Shown in pieces: positions 25,012 to 37,039 of a DNA stretch of 64,000 nt; the stretch's first letter is position 1; each line of letters starts with the position of its first letter. Both the position numbers and the translations under genes were made by a program. The DNA comes from Antedon mediterranea. Taxonomy: Eukaryota; Animalia; Echinodermata. The stretch spans positions 25,001,337 to 25,065,336 of the forward strand of contig NC_092672.1 of assembly GCF_964355755.1 (NCBI RefSeq), given 5' to 3'. The notes below the pieces were generated by a model. The model did no database searches and was not told the DNA's origin. It worked only from the letters and a program-made list of their open reading frames with translations.

Positions 25012-25200
25012 CCCCCCGCTCACCGGGGGGCTCGTAAATTCGATGCTGTAGCCGTTTTTTATGGTGGCGAGAATCCACCTGTCCTCCGACAGGGTCTCCC
25101 ACACTCGGGCGAACCGTCTTAGGCGACCCCCCACCTGCCCGTCGATGTTGGGGACGGGCGTACTGGTCGCGTCACCGGCGACGCGCGAATGCACCCGGAC
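25012..25200 (-). CDS. N-terminal segment of DIRS pol, separated from the rest by a +1 frameshift
   Basis: VGGRLRRFARVWETLSEDRWILATIKNGYSIEFTSPP is the typical DIRS1 pol N-terminus. It continues in another frame as ARSTRIPP..LLQKGAVEPV..KKTGDWRPILNLRSLN. Confidence 0.8.
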
Positions 25201-26797
25201 GCCTGCCGCTCTTATGGCTGGCGTCATATCTTCCGGGCCTGCCTCGTGCAGGTCGGGGATATCTGTTGATGTCATGTGGGGTGCGAACGCGGGAAGAAGT
25301 AGAAGCCTGCGTAACAGGACGCGCCGGTGTCGGTACTGGCGGTTGCGTTGGCGGTACTGGAGCCGGAAAAGGGGGAGGCGGTCTGGATGGTCCCGAACGT
25401 CCACGGCTAGCCCGACGTTTCTGCGGGAATCTCGATCGAGTTTCACGACGTGCCTCCCGCTCACGCGCCCACTTATCTTCCTTTTGGGAGAAACTCCCGA
25501 AGAAGAGATCCTTAGCGCCGAAAGATTCCGATGTAGTGAATCTACGATATTGCGCTGGCGCGATATCTGTCCCCTGGAGGACGTTGACCCGGCGAGCAGC
25601 GGCTGACGTAACGGAAATAAATGCTTGCTGATCAGCGATAAGACCAGTTATTTGCTGCAGCAAAGCGATGACCTCGTCATCGTGCTCTCTAGGGTGTTCC
25701 GGGTCCGCCAGGAACGACAAGAGATAACCAAAAATAGACGTCACGCGTACTGTCTCGCGGGCCGCTCTATCAACTGCGAGAAGCGTCTCTTCTGTCTTAG
25801 CAGCCTTCGGAGCCAAGTAGTTGGTCTTGCCAGCCTCTACGCCCTGGTCCTCTCGGACGCGGTCTTTGGCTGCATCAGGCACTCCCGATGCAATGATGTA
25901 CTTATCAAATTGCGCTGACGGCACCGGAAAAGCCGACGAGAGAATGTACGGTGCGGCTCTACGTGTCGTTGTTGAGTCGCGCGCAAACATGTCTAAGCAG
26001 TCGACCAGTTCTTGGTCGAGAGGCACCACCGGACAGGTTGTGCTTTTCCTAAGAGGCGTACGCACGCCGAATGTAGAAAACCGCTTAGTTGAAGGCGTAG
26101 GCTTAGGCTCGTGGAGCGAGTAGTCGATTCCAAGATAGGCCAGTACCGCCGGAAGAACTCTGTTCACGAGCGCCTGTAATCCCTCCTCACCGGGCCCCCT
26201 AAGCGACGCGGCTCTCTCCTCATCCGAGAGCGTGACCATAGTCCGATCAGACAAATAGTCGTCTTCCATCGAAGCACCCTCAGAAAAGGGCGGTAGTGGT
26301 GTCTGAGGAGGGGGCACCGGATAAATTGGAATCGGAGGACGCTGGGCTGGGGCTACCGTAGGCTCGTCCCTAGGTAAAGCCCTTACCGCCGCCGCAATGG
26401 CATGCAGCAACGCCGGAGACAACTCATTAGGGTCCGGGGCTGCAGAGGCCGCAGCGGGAACAGGCGCGGCGCCGAGAATAACCTCCTTCGCAAGTGGAAC
26501 GGAAGCCACAGGCTCTTCCTCGCGTGGCACGACATCGTGCGTATCTACCACTGGAGTCGCCACAGGCGCGGACTCCTCCGGAACACCGACCTCAACAGTG
26601 CGTTCCACGGGCCGCGGAAGCGACGCAAACTTGGCTGGCGTCCAGCGAACGCAAACGTCACACGGGTTATCCTGATTGCACGTACGGCACTTAATACATC
26701 GCATGTGGCGATCCCATTTCACCGTCGTCCGCGGGCCCCTACACTGGACACACTCTTGCTTAGGCATGATGGTGCAAAACACCTGTCTAACAGACAC
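25172..26797 (-). CDS. DIRS ORF1 (gag-like, Cys-rich N-terminus)
   Basis: 541-aa ORF at the 5' position; CxxC..DRHxxCxxC..C..CxxC N-terminus, Pro-rich linker and Arg-rich C-terminus as in DIRS1 ORF1. Confidence 0.8.
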   Translation of the reverse strand: MSVRQVFCTIMPKQECVQCRGPRTTVKWDRHMRCIKCRTCNQDNPCDVCVRWTPAKFASLPRPVERTVEVGVPEESAPVATPVVDTHDVVPREEEPVASVPLAKEVILGAAPVPAAASAAPDPNELSPALLHAIAAAVRALPRDEPTVAPAQRPPIPIYPVPPPQTPLPPFSEGASMEDDYLSDRTMVTLSDEERAASLRGPGEEGLQALVNRVLPAVLAYLGIDYSLHEPKPTPSTKRFSTFGVRTPLRKSTTCPVVPLDQELVDCLDMFARDSTTTRRAAPYILSSAFPVPSAQFDKYIIASGVPDAAKDRVREDQGVEAGKTNYLAPKAAKTEETLLAVDRAARETVRVTSIFGYLLSFLADPEHPREHDDEVIALLQQITGLIADQQAFISVTSAAARRVNVLQGTDIAPAQYRRFTTSESFGAKDLFFGSFSQKEDKWAREREARRETRSRFPQKRRASRGRSGPSRPPPPFPAPVPPTQPPVPTPARPVTQASTSSRVRTPHDINRYPRPARGRPGRYDASHKSGRRPGAFARRR

Positions 26798-27552
26798 ACA
26801 ATCAAATACCTAACAAACAGTCTCTTAACCTAGCGCCTGACTGATTCTGTTGTATTGCGTTGCCTACACTCGGCCGGTGACCCGGTGAACTCTAAAGCTA
26901 TTTCCGACTCGCTTGCTAGGCGAGTCAACGGTTTGCAACGTATCAAATTCTCAAAATAACAATAAGAAACGATATTTCTGCCTTGTTAAACAACAACGGC
27001 AACGTATTCCAACGTATCAAATAATGTAAAGTTAAACTTAGCCTCGGCTAGCTTGACTATCCTAGTCTGTAGAATTCCTTGAAATTCGTCTTCTCTTCGA
27101 AAAAACTTCGTGTCTGTCAACTACGACGATACGAAAAGAAATGATGACGGTATTACGTGGGAGTGGTCCCACTAGAGGGCGCTATAGCGGACTGTCCCAT
27201 TTATCATGGAGGTGAGTTACCGCTAAATTCTTCTTTTCGTAATTGTTTCGCACTTCGTGGAAAAGGGCTTATGTCGTGTTTATCCAGGTAAGCAGGCACG
27301 ATATAGACTATATTATTTCAAAATATAAAGTATCAATAACATAATTGTTTTGTGTTGAAATACAAAATAAGTTCATTTCAACCATTTTTAAACATCCATG
27401 TTAAAAAAGGAATCACTAGTCTATAATTGTTAAACAGGTCATAATATGAAAAAAACTAAACAAAATTTAAATTGTAATTTATTTACTGATTGTTTGGTTC
27501 ATGTATTATTTTTTTGGATGGTACGACCTCCTTGAAAAATTATTTTTGCAAT

Positions 27553-28033
27553 TTCCGACCCGCAACTCGCATTTTCCGACCCGCAACTCGCTTTTTCCGA
27601 CCCGCAACTCGCATTTTCCGACCCGCAACTCGCATTTTCCGACCCGCAACTCGCATTTTCCGACCCGCAACTCGCATTTTCCGACCCGCAACTCGCATTT
27701 TCCGACTCGCAACTCGCATTTTCCGACCCGCAACTCGCATTTTCCGACCCGCAACTCGCATTTTCCGACTCGCAACTCGCATTTTCCGACTCGCATTTTC
27801 CGACCCGCAACTCGCACTTTCCGACCCGCAACTCGCACTTTCCGACCCGCAACTCGCACTTTCCGACCCGCAACTCGCACTTTCCGACCCGCAACTCGCA
27901 CTTTCCGACCCACAACTCTCATTTTCCGACTCGCAACTCGCACTTTCCGACCCGCAACTCGCATTTTCCAACTCGCAACTCGCATTTTCCAACTCGCAAC
28001 TCGCATTTTCCAACTCGCAACTCGCAACTCGCA
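27553..28033 (-). repeat. Right arm: ~22 copies of the 21-bp unit in inverted orientation
   Basis: Unit ttccgacccgcaactcgcatt is the reverse complement of the left-arm unit. Confidence 0.95.
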
Positions 28034-28056
28034 GAAAAGAAACCCTCTAGTAGGTA

Positions 28057-28797
28057 GGGGTAGGCCTATACAGCAGTATGATCATAATCACTGTTTATAT
28101 TGTGTGGTGTAGTACGTACCGGAGTAGGCCTATAGCTACTGTCAGCAGTAGGTCATAATCACTGTTTATATTTTATGTGGTGTAGTAGGTACAGGGGTAG
28201 TCCTATACTAGCTACAGCAGTATGATCATAATCACTGTTTATATTGTGTGGTGTAGTAGGTACAGGGGTAGGCTTATAGCTACAGCAGTATGGTCATAAT
28301 CACTTATAGGGTTGGAAATCATTCAAATATACACACTGTTTATATTTTGTGGTGCAGTGGGTACAGTAGTATGGCTGCATCAGTGTGATCATACTCACGT
28401 AGGGCTGGAAATTAAAAGTATGGTAGTATATGTGACCTGCTTTTAGTCTAGTTGACAAAGGTATTGAACTTGATTCTTCAGTATGTAAACATTTAAATAT
28501 TTGAATTAATACTAAAGATTTCTTAAAACAATAATTGCATTGCAATTGAAAATATGCTGATTTTTCTAAATGTCAGGCCTTCTATCTGATGGTTTGTACC
28601 CTCTATATAATTGTTTGGCAACTTTTTCAATTTCATTTTCTAACTTGATACAACTAATTTTAACATTGCTCTTCTATTACTCCTTTTTAATTTTATCTAA
28701 ATTGTTCACATTCCTCAAATGCATCATGTTCAAAGGAGACTTTAATACCATATAACCATAACATCTTTATTATAGGCCTATATAGAGAGTTTGTTTA
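28057..28797. repeat. Degenerate 73-bp minisatellite units plus block D (paralogs ~760-1938 and, with deletions, ~35442-35630)
   Basis: Shared ggaaatcattcaaatatacacactg...ctttaataccatataaccataacatctttatt. Confidence 0.85.
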
Positions 28798-31363
28798 TAA
28801 TTATACATTTTTCCCATTGCATGTATCTATATATACAGGGTATCAAAATGACCCAATTGTACTAGGAATGTTATATGTAGTTTCAACATTATCCAACATC
28901 TTTGATCCAATATTGTGGTCAATGGGGTTGTAGTGAATATATAGAGTCGGTTCCGAGCGTATGCGTTCTCTGGCGTATTTAAATCCACGCAACGTACACG
29001 GACACTGACACTGAATGATTTCTCAAACAAAAAGTATACTGTATTCAACTAAAACTTTTATTTCTTGTAACTCAGTATTAATACAACTTTCTACCAGTCT
29101 AGACCTTTCTTCTCTATACTCTATACGTCTATCTACTATGATCTTTTTTTCTCTTCTCCCCTAATATCTATAACATTTTACTACTTATACTGAACATGCA
29201 GGGGCTTCAGAGGAGGATTTTGTGGAAATTCACCACTTTTTGTATGTTTGTCTGTTTTTTGTTATTGCATGCATTCATTGTGTACCGCCAAACCAAAACC
29301 AGGCGTTTGTCGGCAGCAAGGGATTTCTGTAAAATGCTTCTGAATGTGTAAAACCTATATCTTGACCATTTTTAGTTTTTTAAATAATCTTACAGAAAAT
29401 TTACCGTAGATTCCAAAAATCTAGGTATTTTAAAGAAATTATAAGTATAAATCAATGAAAATAACATTTTAATGAGACCCCCTTTTTCGTCTTTGGTGAA
29501 AAAATCAAGTTCTATTCTGTAATTTGTGTCTATTTCTAACCAACTTTTACCTCTTTGATTATGAGAAGACCCCTTAATGTGTGGTATTTTTAGAAAGCTC
29601 GTGAAAAAATCTTTCCAAAGATAAAGGTTGTAGGTCATGTAAAATAATAGTATAGCCAATCAAACACATTCTTTAATAACCTTTTGGTATAAGCAAACCA
29701 GTCTTGTTGCTACGGAATCCTGAAACAGGCAATTTGATTGGCTAACAGAGTGGCTCAAGTCATTGAAGCGTTAAATTTGCCTTTAACAGCTATTCAAAGT
29801 ACACTGAGGAAGCGGTAAGGTTTTAACAAAACATTCTTACTGTAAAAAACATTCAATATTAATTTATACTTGCTATTTATGCATCCTAGATAATAATAAA
29901 ACAACCTAGAATAGTTTAATGATTTATATAATATGAAAAGTAGAAATATTGGCTTCGCTAGCGAATCGTAAACAACAAGAGGTTAGAAAGTACGAAATGA
30001 CTTTCTAGCGCGACACACTCAGTTTGGTGAACACAGAAACACTTTTGATCAAAATATTAGGCCTAGCCTAGGCATAAGATAAGAGATGAACTGTATGCCA
30101 GCTTAGTACTTCAAGTTAGCCTAGTAAAACCACCTAGCATACCTTGGTCTAGGCCTAGCCCAAAAAAAAAGATTTTTAAATGTGTTTAAAAAAGTTTAAT
30201 TTAATTTTCCATTCTGTTTTCAGATCTTGATTGGTAATTAATACTGTAATGTATACCAATAGTTTTGACAGTGGTGGTGATGCTGTTGCTACTTTCTCTT
30301 CTCAAACAACTCCAATAATGGTGATACGGTGCTTAATATAACTTTACAAAAATGACTTTGATTCTGATGATACATGACACATGTATTCTATTATGCAACG
30401 TAACCCTGAATAAAACCGTGAAATAATTGTATCGAAAAATATGTATGTATTTAAAACTTAAAGACCCGGCACAAAAGATGATAATACTGTTGTAACACGC
30501 AGCCTGAAATGACCAAAATGTTATAATTTAAAGTGTACCAATTGTAAATAAATTTAAACACATCAAACACAATCAACTGTCTGTGTATCATTAATTTTGG
30601 TTCATTTCTATATGTTGTATTTTTATTGTCACTTTATTAATAGTACTTATTTATAGTTATTACAAGCCTCACACATAACATAAGTTTAGTAAAAAAAAGT
30701 TTACTAACGTATGTAGTTATTTGAAGTCTCATTTGACAATGTTAATGTTACTGGATTTCTTTGAAAATTTCAATGATTATAGAAAAATGTATTAGTTACA
30801 TTTGTGCTAAATTTCAAAGTCATAGGTATACTAGAAGTTAGCGTTGTCAAGGTGAACATGAGTCGCTGTCTGCCAGCACATTTAAACTTCCTGTTTGAAC
30901 TATTGTTGATCTTTGAATGCATTTTTCACTGCTAAATAAAAATGAATTCTTACTTGTATTTCTTTACTTATTGTATCATAACTCTAAAAATACTTGACCA
31001 AATTGAATAATTTTTTCAGTATTTTAAAGCAAATTATGTGCTCTGTACAAATATCTTTAAAACTCAAAATGTCACATTTACGACAAATGCCTGGTTTTGA
31101 TTTGGCTGTACACATATGGTGAATAAAAATGGCCAAAATTAGGAAGAGCATTATGAGGTATCAAACTTTACTTGATTGCAATTGTACTGTGTTTTAAACT
31201 ATAATTGAAACTTTCCCTTGGGCAAGTACACTTACTAGTTTGAGATATACTTTTATTCAACTGTGATATATTATTGTAAAAAGATTCTTGTTGTTTTGTT
31301 ATTTTCTTATTAACAAAAATATGTGCATTTTTCTAACATATGTATTTTTTAAATATTAAATAG

Positions 31364-31462
31364 AGTGGCAATACAGCATTGCATTGGGGTGCAAGATATG
31401 GTTATTTTGATGTCTGCCAAACATTGGTAGACATGGCAGCAGCAGTGGACCAACAAAATAAT
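31364..31462 (+). CDS. Internal exon encoding one ankyrin repeat (SGNTALHWGARYGYFDVCQTLVDMAAAVDQQNN)
   Basis: ag|99 bp|gtaagt, phase 0-0; fits the GxTxLHxxAxxGxxDVxxxL consensus. Confidence 0.88.
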
Positions 31463-32508
31463 GTAAGTCATAAATTAATTTTTGTAATAGCATTCATGAT
31501 CAGAATCCTAAATGTTGTACTTATTCATTTTAGATTAAAATGCTTGTTCCTCAAACAGAATTGCACAAAATGCATTCCTAAAGAATGTAATTATTTTATT
31601 ACGGTATAGTGGCTACTTGTTAATACCTTCATATTTTTTCTTATTTCAAATTTTATTAAATTGTCTAATTATTCAGCATCTTAAATTTAACAAATTTACC
31701 ATCAAGATAGTGCAGGCAAGTCAACATAGACCGAAAATAATTAAACAAGTTTAAAATGCTATTTTTTAGGCTATTAAAAATCTGCAGTTAATCTAGCAAT
31801 CATTGGGTGGATTACTGTAATTTGGTTATTAAAATCACTTTGGTTTTGAAGTTTCTTGTTGGTATGACAACTACAACTAATGCAACTCCTGCATTGTATC
31901 TGTCTCAGAATATCCTTGTATAATCAATCTTCTTCAAACTTTTTTTTATCATTACATTAGTAATGCTAATTTTAATACAATTTTTTATAACGATTATAAT
32001 ATTATTTAATGCATTTCATGTTAGCAACAAATTTGTCACTGTGTTTATAATTTTGGTAAATTTTATTCAAACAAAATAAGAATGCCAGCTTTGCTATAAA
32101 AAAAAAGAAATCTAAAAAATTGTCTACGGTAAATATTTAGCACATGCTCATTGAACACCAAAGATCGAATCAAGTTTTTCTTTTGGATGAAAACTCTTTC
32201 TTTTTGCTTGCTCATTAGCTATTTGTGTTAGCAATTGTGCACTATTATAACATGATATATCCATACCTTCATTCCTATCAATCAATCCTTCTGGTTGCTA
32301 TGTTTCATTAGTTGAAATGAAGAAAGACCACAAAGACAAAGACATTCAAAATGCACATGCTCAAATTTCGGCAGTAACACCTATTAAGAAATAATCTTTT
32401 GGTTCACATAAATTTACTTACTGTCAATCGATAGTATTATCAGCATTCATGATACTGTGGCTATTAGTCCAGTCAAAAATCACCCACCATGGTATAAGAA
32501 CGTACCCT

Positions 32509-33096
32509 AATAACATTTCATCCGTAGGTCCATATGTATATTGGTAATAACATTTCATCCGTAGGTCCTATGTATATTGGTAATAACATTTCATCCGTAG
32601 GTCCTATGTATATTGGTAATAACATTTCATCCGTAGGTCCTATGTATATTGGTAATAACATTTCATCCGTAGGTCCTATGTATATTGGTAATAACATTTC
32701 ATCCGTAGGTCCTATGTATATTGGTAATAACATTTCATCCGTAGGTCCTATGTATATTGGTAATAACATTTCATCCGTAGGTCCTATGTTTATTGGTAAT
32801 AACATTTCATCCGTAGGTCCTATGTATATTGGTAATAACATTTCATCTGTAGGTCCTATGTATATTGGTAATAACATTTCATCCGTAGGTCCTATGTATA
32901 TTGGTAATAACATTTCATCTGTAGGTCCTATGTATATTGGTAATAACATTTCATCTGTAGGTCCTATGTATATTGGTAATAACATTTCATCCGTAGGTCC
33001 TATGTATATTGGTAATAACATTTCATCCGTAGGTCCTATGTATATTGGTAATAACATTTCATCCGTAGGTCCTATGTATATTGGTAATAACATTTC
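32509..33096. repeat. 36-bp minisatellite (~16 near-identical units)
   Basis: Unit taataacatttcatccgtaggtcctatgtatattgg; no spacers. Confidence 0.95.
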
Positions 33097-35144
33097 TTGA
33101 TTTTGCGTCTGATTTTATTAGAAAATTATAGTTTTATAGCCAATTTATAGCCGCCTCATGTCGTATTATTGTGTACAGCGAATGCGCCGAAGCGTGACTG
33201 ACAATACGAGATGCCGTTACCGCCAGTTGAATAATACAATAACAAAGCTATAAAACCTACGACATTAACAGTTTATACAATAATTTAAATATAGTTTACA
33301 ATAAATTATATAATAAAATACACAACATATAAAGAAAACCCAAGTATAAACTAAAATATTTACAGATATGTGTTTAAAAATGTACAAATAAAAATGGCCT
33401 TCCATAAAATAAAGTGCGCCCTCACTCGTCATTCTTTTATTGGACTTTTATGGATTTTGTTAGTTATTGCCAATTCTCCCTTTTTTTAAGACGTGACGTA
33501 ATACATACAAATAAAGTTTGTTGGTGGAGAGTAGTCCTACAATGATAATTATTATTGGACATTTTATACACAAAAGCATCTCATAAACGATCGGTTAACC
33601 TCCACGGCCTCAAAGTTCTCACTTGGGACGAGAAAGTAAAGCCCAGAACAAAAGTTTTATATGCATTTATTTTAAATATTGTTAGAACACAGTAGTTTAA
33701 TATGTTGACTAATTCAAATGCTTATAAATAACGTTTTAAACTTAAAAGATATATTGTCCCCAAAAGTGAAGATGGAAATTAATTAATTAATTAAATGTAA
33801 AATAATAACACAGTTTCCGTCAGACATCTTCGAACTTATATAAAGAATCTTCGGGGCAGGATTACATTTTCTAAAACACGAAATTGTTCATACGATACGG
33901 ATGCCAAAAATAGACAATTCAAAGAAACTCAAATAAAACTAACAATCACAAGGATAACCAATGAGAAAATATTTCAGACGGTTTTATTGTAAATTCAGTG
34001 ATTTCAAATTTTAACAGCACACCACATGCAACAGCTATACTAAATAGTAGTACTAATTATTGTCAGTATTTTCATTTCTATTGTAAATAAATAGTCAACA
34101 GGTACCTCTTAGAATCAGGCTTCTGAGTCATGTCAGGCATACATTCTACTCATTCACTCTTTATCAAAATTAGGGATTTTTAAAATGCCTTTCTTAATTT
34201 CCATCATATATATTCATTTATGACTGACAATTTCATTCTTATAGTTTCATTCTACTGTAAAACAATAATAGTCTCTTTTTCATTACATTCAGCCTCTTAC
34301 ATTAACATTCAAATTAATTCAGAATAAATACATTTGGATGATGAAGCCTAAAATAATACAGAATAACTAAAATACAAATATATTTTTATTTTCATTATGC
34401 ATTACTTATTATACTCCATTTTATAGGTATAAAACATACAGTGCTATAGTTTATAGTCAAACAGAAATAAAACTTTGTTTAATTTGGTTGCCAGCGCAAT
34501 GTAGTCGCTACGCAAGTGAGTTGACCAATAACAAGCAACAGTTCGTATAATCCATCACATCGTGATTGGTCAATTTGCTTGATTTGATTTACACAAAAAT
34601 TGGATAGACTACAGACAAATGGACAGACTAAATGTTGGGACAAACAAACTTATACATGCAATAATTACTCAGTAATCACCTCTGTAGTCCCATGGGTACT
34701 TTTTTACATAGCTATTGATTACAGTGCCTTAAAATATTCTTTAAATAATAATTGTGTAAATGAATTTGACCAGGACCTTACCATGCCAATCCATATCAAT
34801 ACTTTGAGTTACAATTGTAGATAATATATTGATATTCATTTGTAGCTACAAGGCTTCATTATCTTAAGATTATTAGAGTATGCGTAACAGCAGTTGATCA
34901 TACGCACTGTTTATATTTTATGTGGTGTAGTAGGTACAGGGGTAGTCCTATGCTACAGCAGTATATCATAATTACTGTTTATATTTTATGTGGTGTAGTA
35001 GGTACAGGGGTAGGGGTTCCTATACTACAGCATTATGGTCATAATCACTGTTTATATTTTATGTGGTGTAGTAGGTACAGGGGTAGTCCTATGCTACAGC
35101 AGTATGATCATAATCACTATAGGGCTGGAAGTCATTCAAATATA

Positions 35145-35441
35145 TAGGGTTGTAATTGTATTAAACTACTGTGGAGTAGGGAATAGGGCAAAACATCTGA
35201 CCAATTACTCAACTCCCTGACGCAAAGCTACTCCACAGTAGTTTAATACAATTACGCTGCGTACTTGGGCTCGAATCTAACCACTAGCCATCAGCGCAAG
35301 CGGTCAGAGGTATGAACGGCAGGCTAGTGATCTGGAGGTCGTGGGTTCGTCTCCCACCCAAGAACTTTTTTCGCAAGTATTCTCAAATGTACTTAGTATG
35401 AAGTACAAATGACGTCAGAGTTGGGCAAAACATCTGAACAA
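35145..35441. mobile_element. Small insertion with 13-bp TSD, perfect 28-bp inverted repeat and tRNA-like segment
   Basis: tcattcaaatata at 35132-35144 and 35442-35454; IR 35152-35179 / 35228-35255. Absent at paralogous sites (~820, ~28320). Confidence 0.6.
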
Positions 35442-35909
35442 TCATTCAAATATACCAAATTCTATATTGTGTGGTGTCTGGTACAGGGGTATGGCTACAT
35501 CAGTATGGTCATACTCGCTTAGTGCTTATAGTATGTGACCTGATTTTAGTGAAGGTGACAAAGTCACATTCCTCAAATATGTATCATGTTCAAATAGACT
35601 TTAATACCATATAACCATAACATCTTTATTATTTTGTCTGTTTTTGTTATTGCATGCATCCATACATATGGGGAATAGAAAGTGACCGCAATTAGGGCGA
35701 GGCGCCTGGGGGTAATGAGGTATCAAACTGACTGATTGTACTGTGAAGTTTTAAACTATAATTGTAACAGGTATTCTGTACTTACTAGTATAAGATATGT
35801 TTTTATTCAACTGTGATATTTTATGTAAAGGTTGTCATTTTGTTTTTTGTTTTATTATTAACAAAAATGTGCATTTCTCTAACATATTTATTTTTAAAAT
35901 GTTAAATAG

Positions 35910-36008
35910 AATGGCGAAACAGCATTGCATTGGGGTGCAGTAAATGGTCATGTTGATGTCTGCCAAATGTTGGTAGACATGGCAGCAGCAGTGGACCAAC
36001 AAAATAAT
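35910..36008 (+). CDS. Internal exon encoding one ankyrin repeat (NGETALHWGAVNGHVDVCQMLVDMAAAVDQQNN)
   Basis: ag|99 bp|gtaagt, phase 0-0. Paralog of 31364-31462 with homologous intron flanks (31150-32020 vs 35715-36570). Confidence 0.9.
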
Positions 36009-37039
36009 GTAAGTCATAAATTAATGTTTGTATTGAGAACCATTCAGGATCAGAATCCTAAATTTTATTCTTCATTTTAGTTTAAAATGCTTGTTCCTCA
36101 AACAGAATAGCACAACATGTAGCCTAAGAATGGAATTATTTTATTATGGTATAGAGGCTACTTGTTAATTTTTATTAAATTGTCTAATTATTCTACATCT
36201 TGAATTTAACATATTTATACCATCAAGATAGTGCAGACAAGTCAACATAAACAACAACAAAATAAACAAGTTTAAAATGCTATTTTTTGGGCTATTAAAA
36301 AGCTGCAGTTAATCTAGCAATCATTTGGTGGATTACTGTAATTTAGTTATTAATTCTCTATTAAATAAATGTCATGAAAACTATAGCGCTTAGATTGCTT
36401 AGTGCTTGAAGTTGCTTGTTGGTATGACAACTACAACTAATGCAGATCCTGCATTGTATCTGTCTCAGAATATTCTTGTTTAATCAATCTTTTTTAAACT
36501 TTTTTAATCATTACATTAGTAATGCTCATTTTAATACACGATTATAATATTATTGAATGCATTTCATGCATTTCTCATTTGTTTCATGCTGCACAATTTT
36601 GATGTGTCAGGCACGTGTCTGATGGTAATGGTATCTTGGACCTTGTGTGAATGGATAAAAGGCAAACAACTTTGGGGAATACATTTTTGTTATACTGATG
36701 TTGTCACAAAAGTTTGTAGTTTTTCTGATTTCAGGATATGTTATTTGTAAAGTAATGGCATAAATTTTAAACTGAATTCAAATTGAATCAAATATTAAAC
36801 TTCTTCTTCTACTAAAATGTAGAGTAGACATTACTCTATACATTGATATAAAGAATTAAATGTTTGAACAAGAAAAACTGTACTTATAGCTATTTTTTAT
36901 CATACCCTACCTAAAATTGTTTAATAATCTAGAACTCAGTGTTTTGTTAACGTGTGTTCGTACATATTCATAGCTATAAACATGTGCATAACGATGCTTA
37001 AATTAAACAGAGTTATAGGCCTACCTATCATATAGTATA

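Larger units (their letters stand above)
21859..27310 (-). mobile_element. Full-length DIRS1-type tyrosine-recombinase retrotransposon
   Basis: Inverted terminal repeats 21883-22054 / 27137-27310, 24-nt 3' extension 21859-21882, internal complementary region 22089-22186, and gag, RT-RNaseH-MT and YR ORFs. GC-rich relative to flanks. Confidence 0.95.
17301..28047. mobile_element. Foldback/Mutator(MULE)-like non-autonomous element with tandem-repeat arms and 9-bp TSD
   Basis: TSD tagtaggta at 17292-17300 and 28048-28056. Termini GAGTGTTATTTC / GAGGGTTTCTTT (reverse complement). Inverted 21-bp arrays at both ends. Interrupts a unit of the 73-bp minisatellite. Confidence 0.85.

Noticed and set aside
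23273-26833. Plus-strand ORFs within the DIRS element
   Set aside because: Antisense shadows of GC-rich overlapping coding frames; no recognisable motifs.
31379-31609. ORF-track 76-aa protein
   Set aside because: Only its first part is the ankyrin exon; the rest reads through the gtaagt donor into intron.
32509-33096. 36-bp repeats resembling a CRISPR array in unit length
   Set aside because: Units are head-to-tail with no unique spacers; no cas genes; eukaryotic context.
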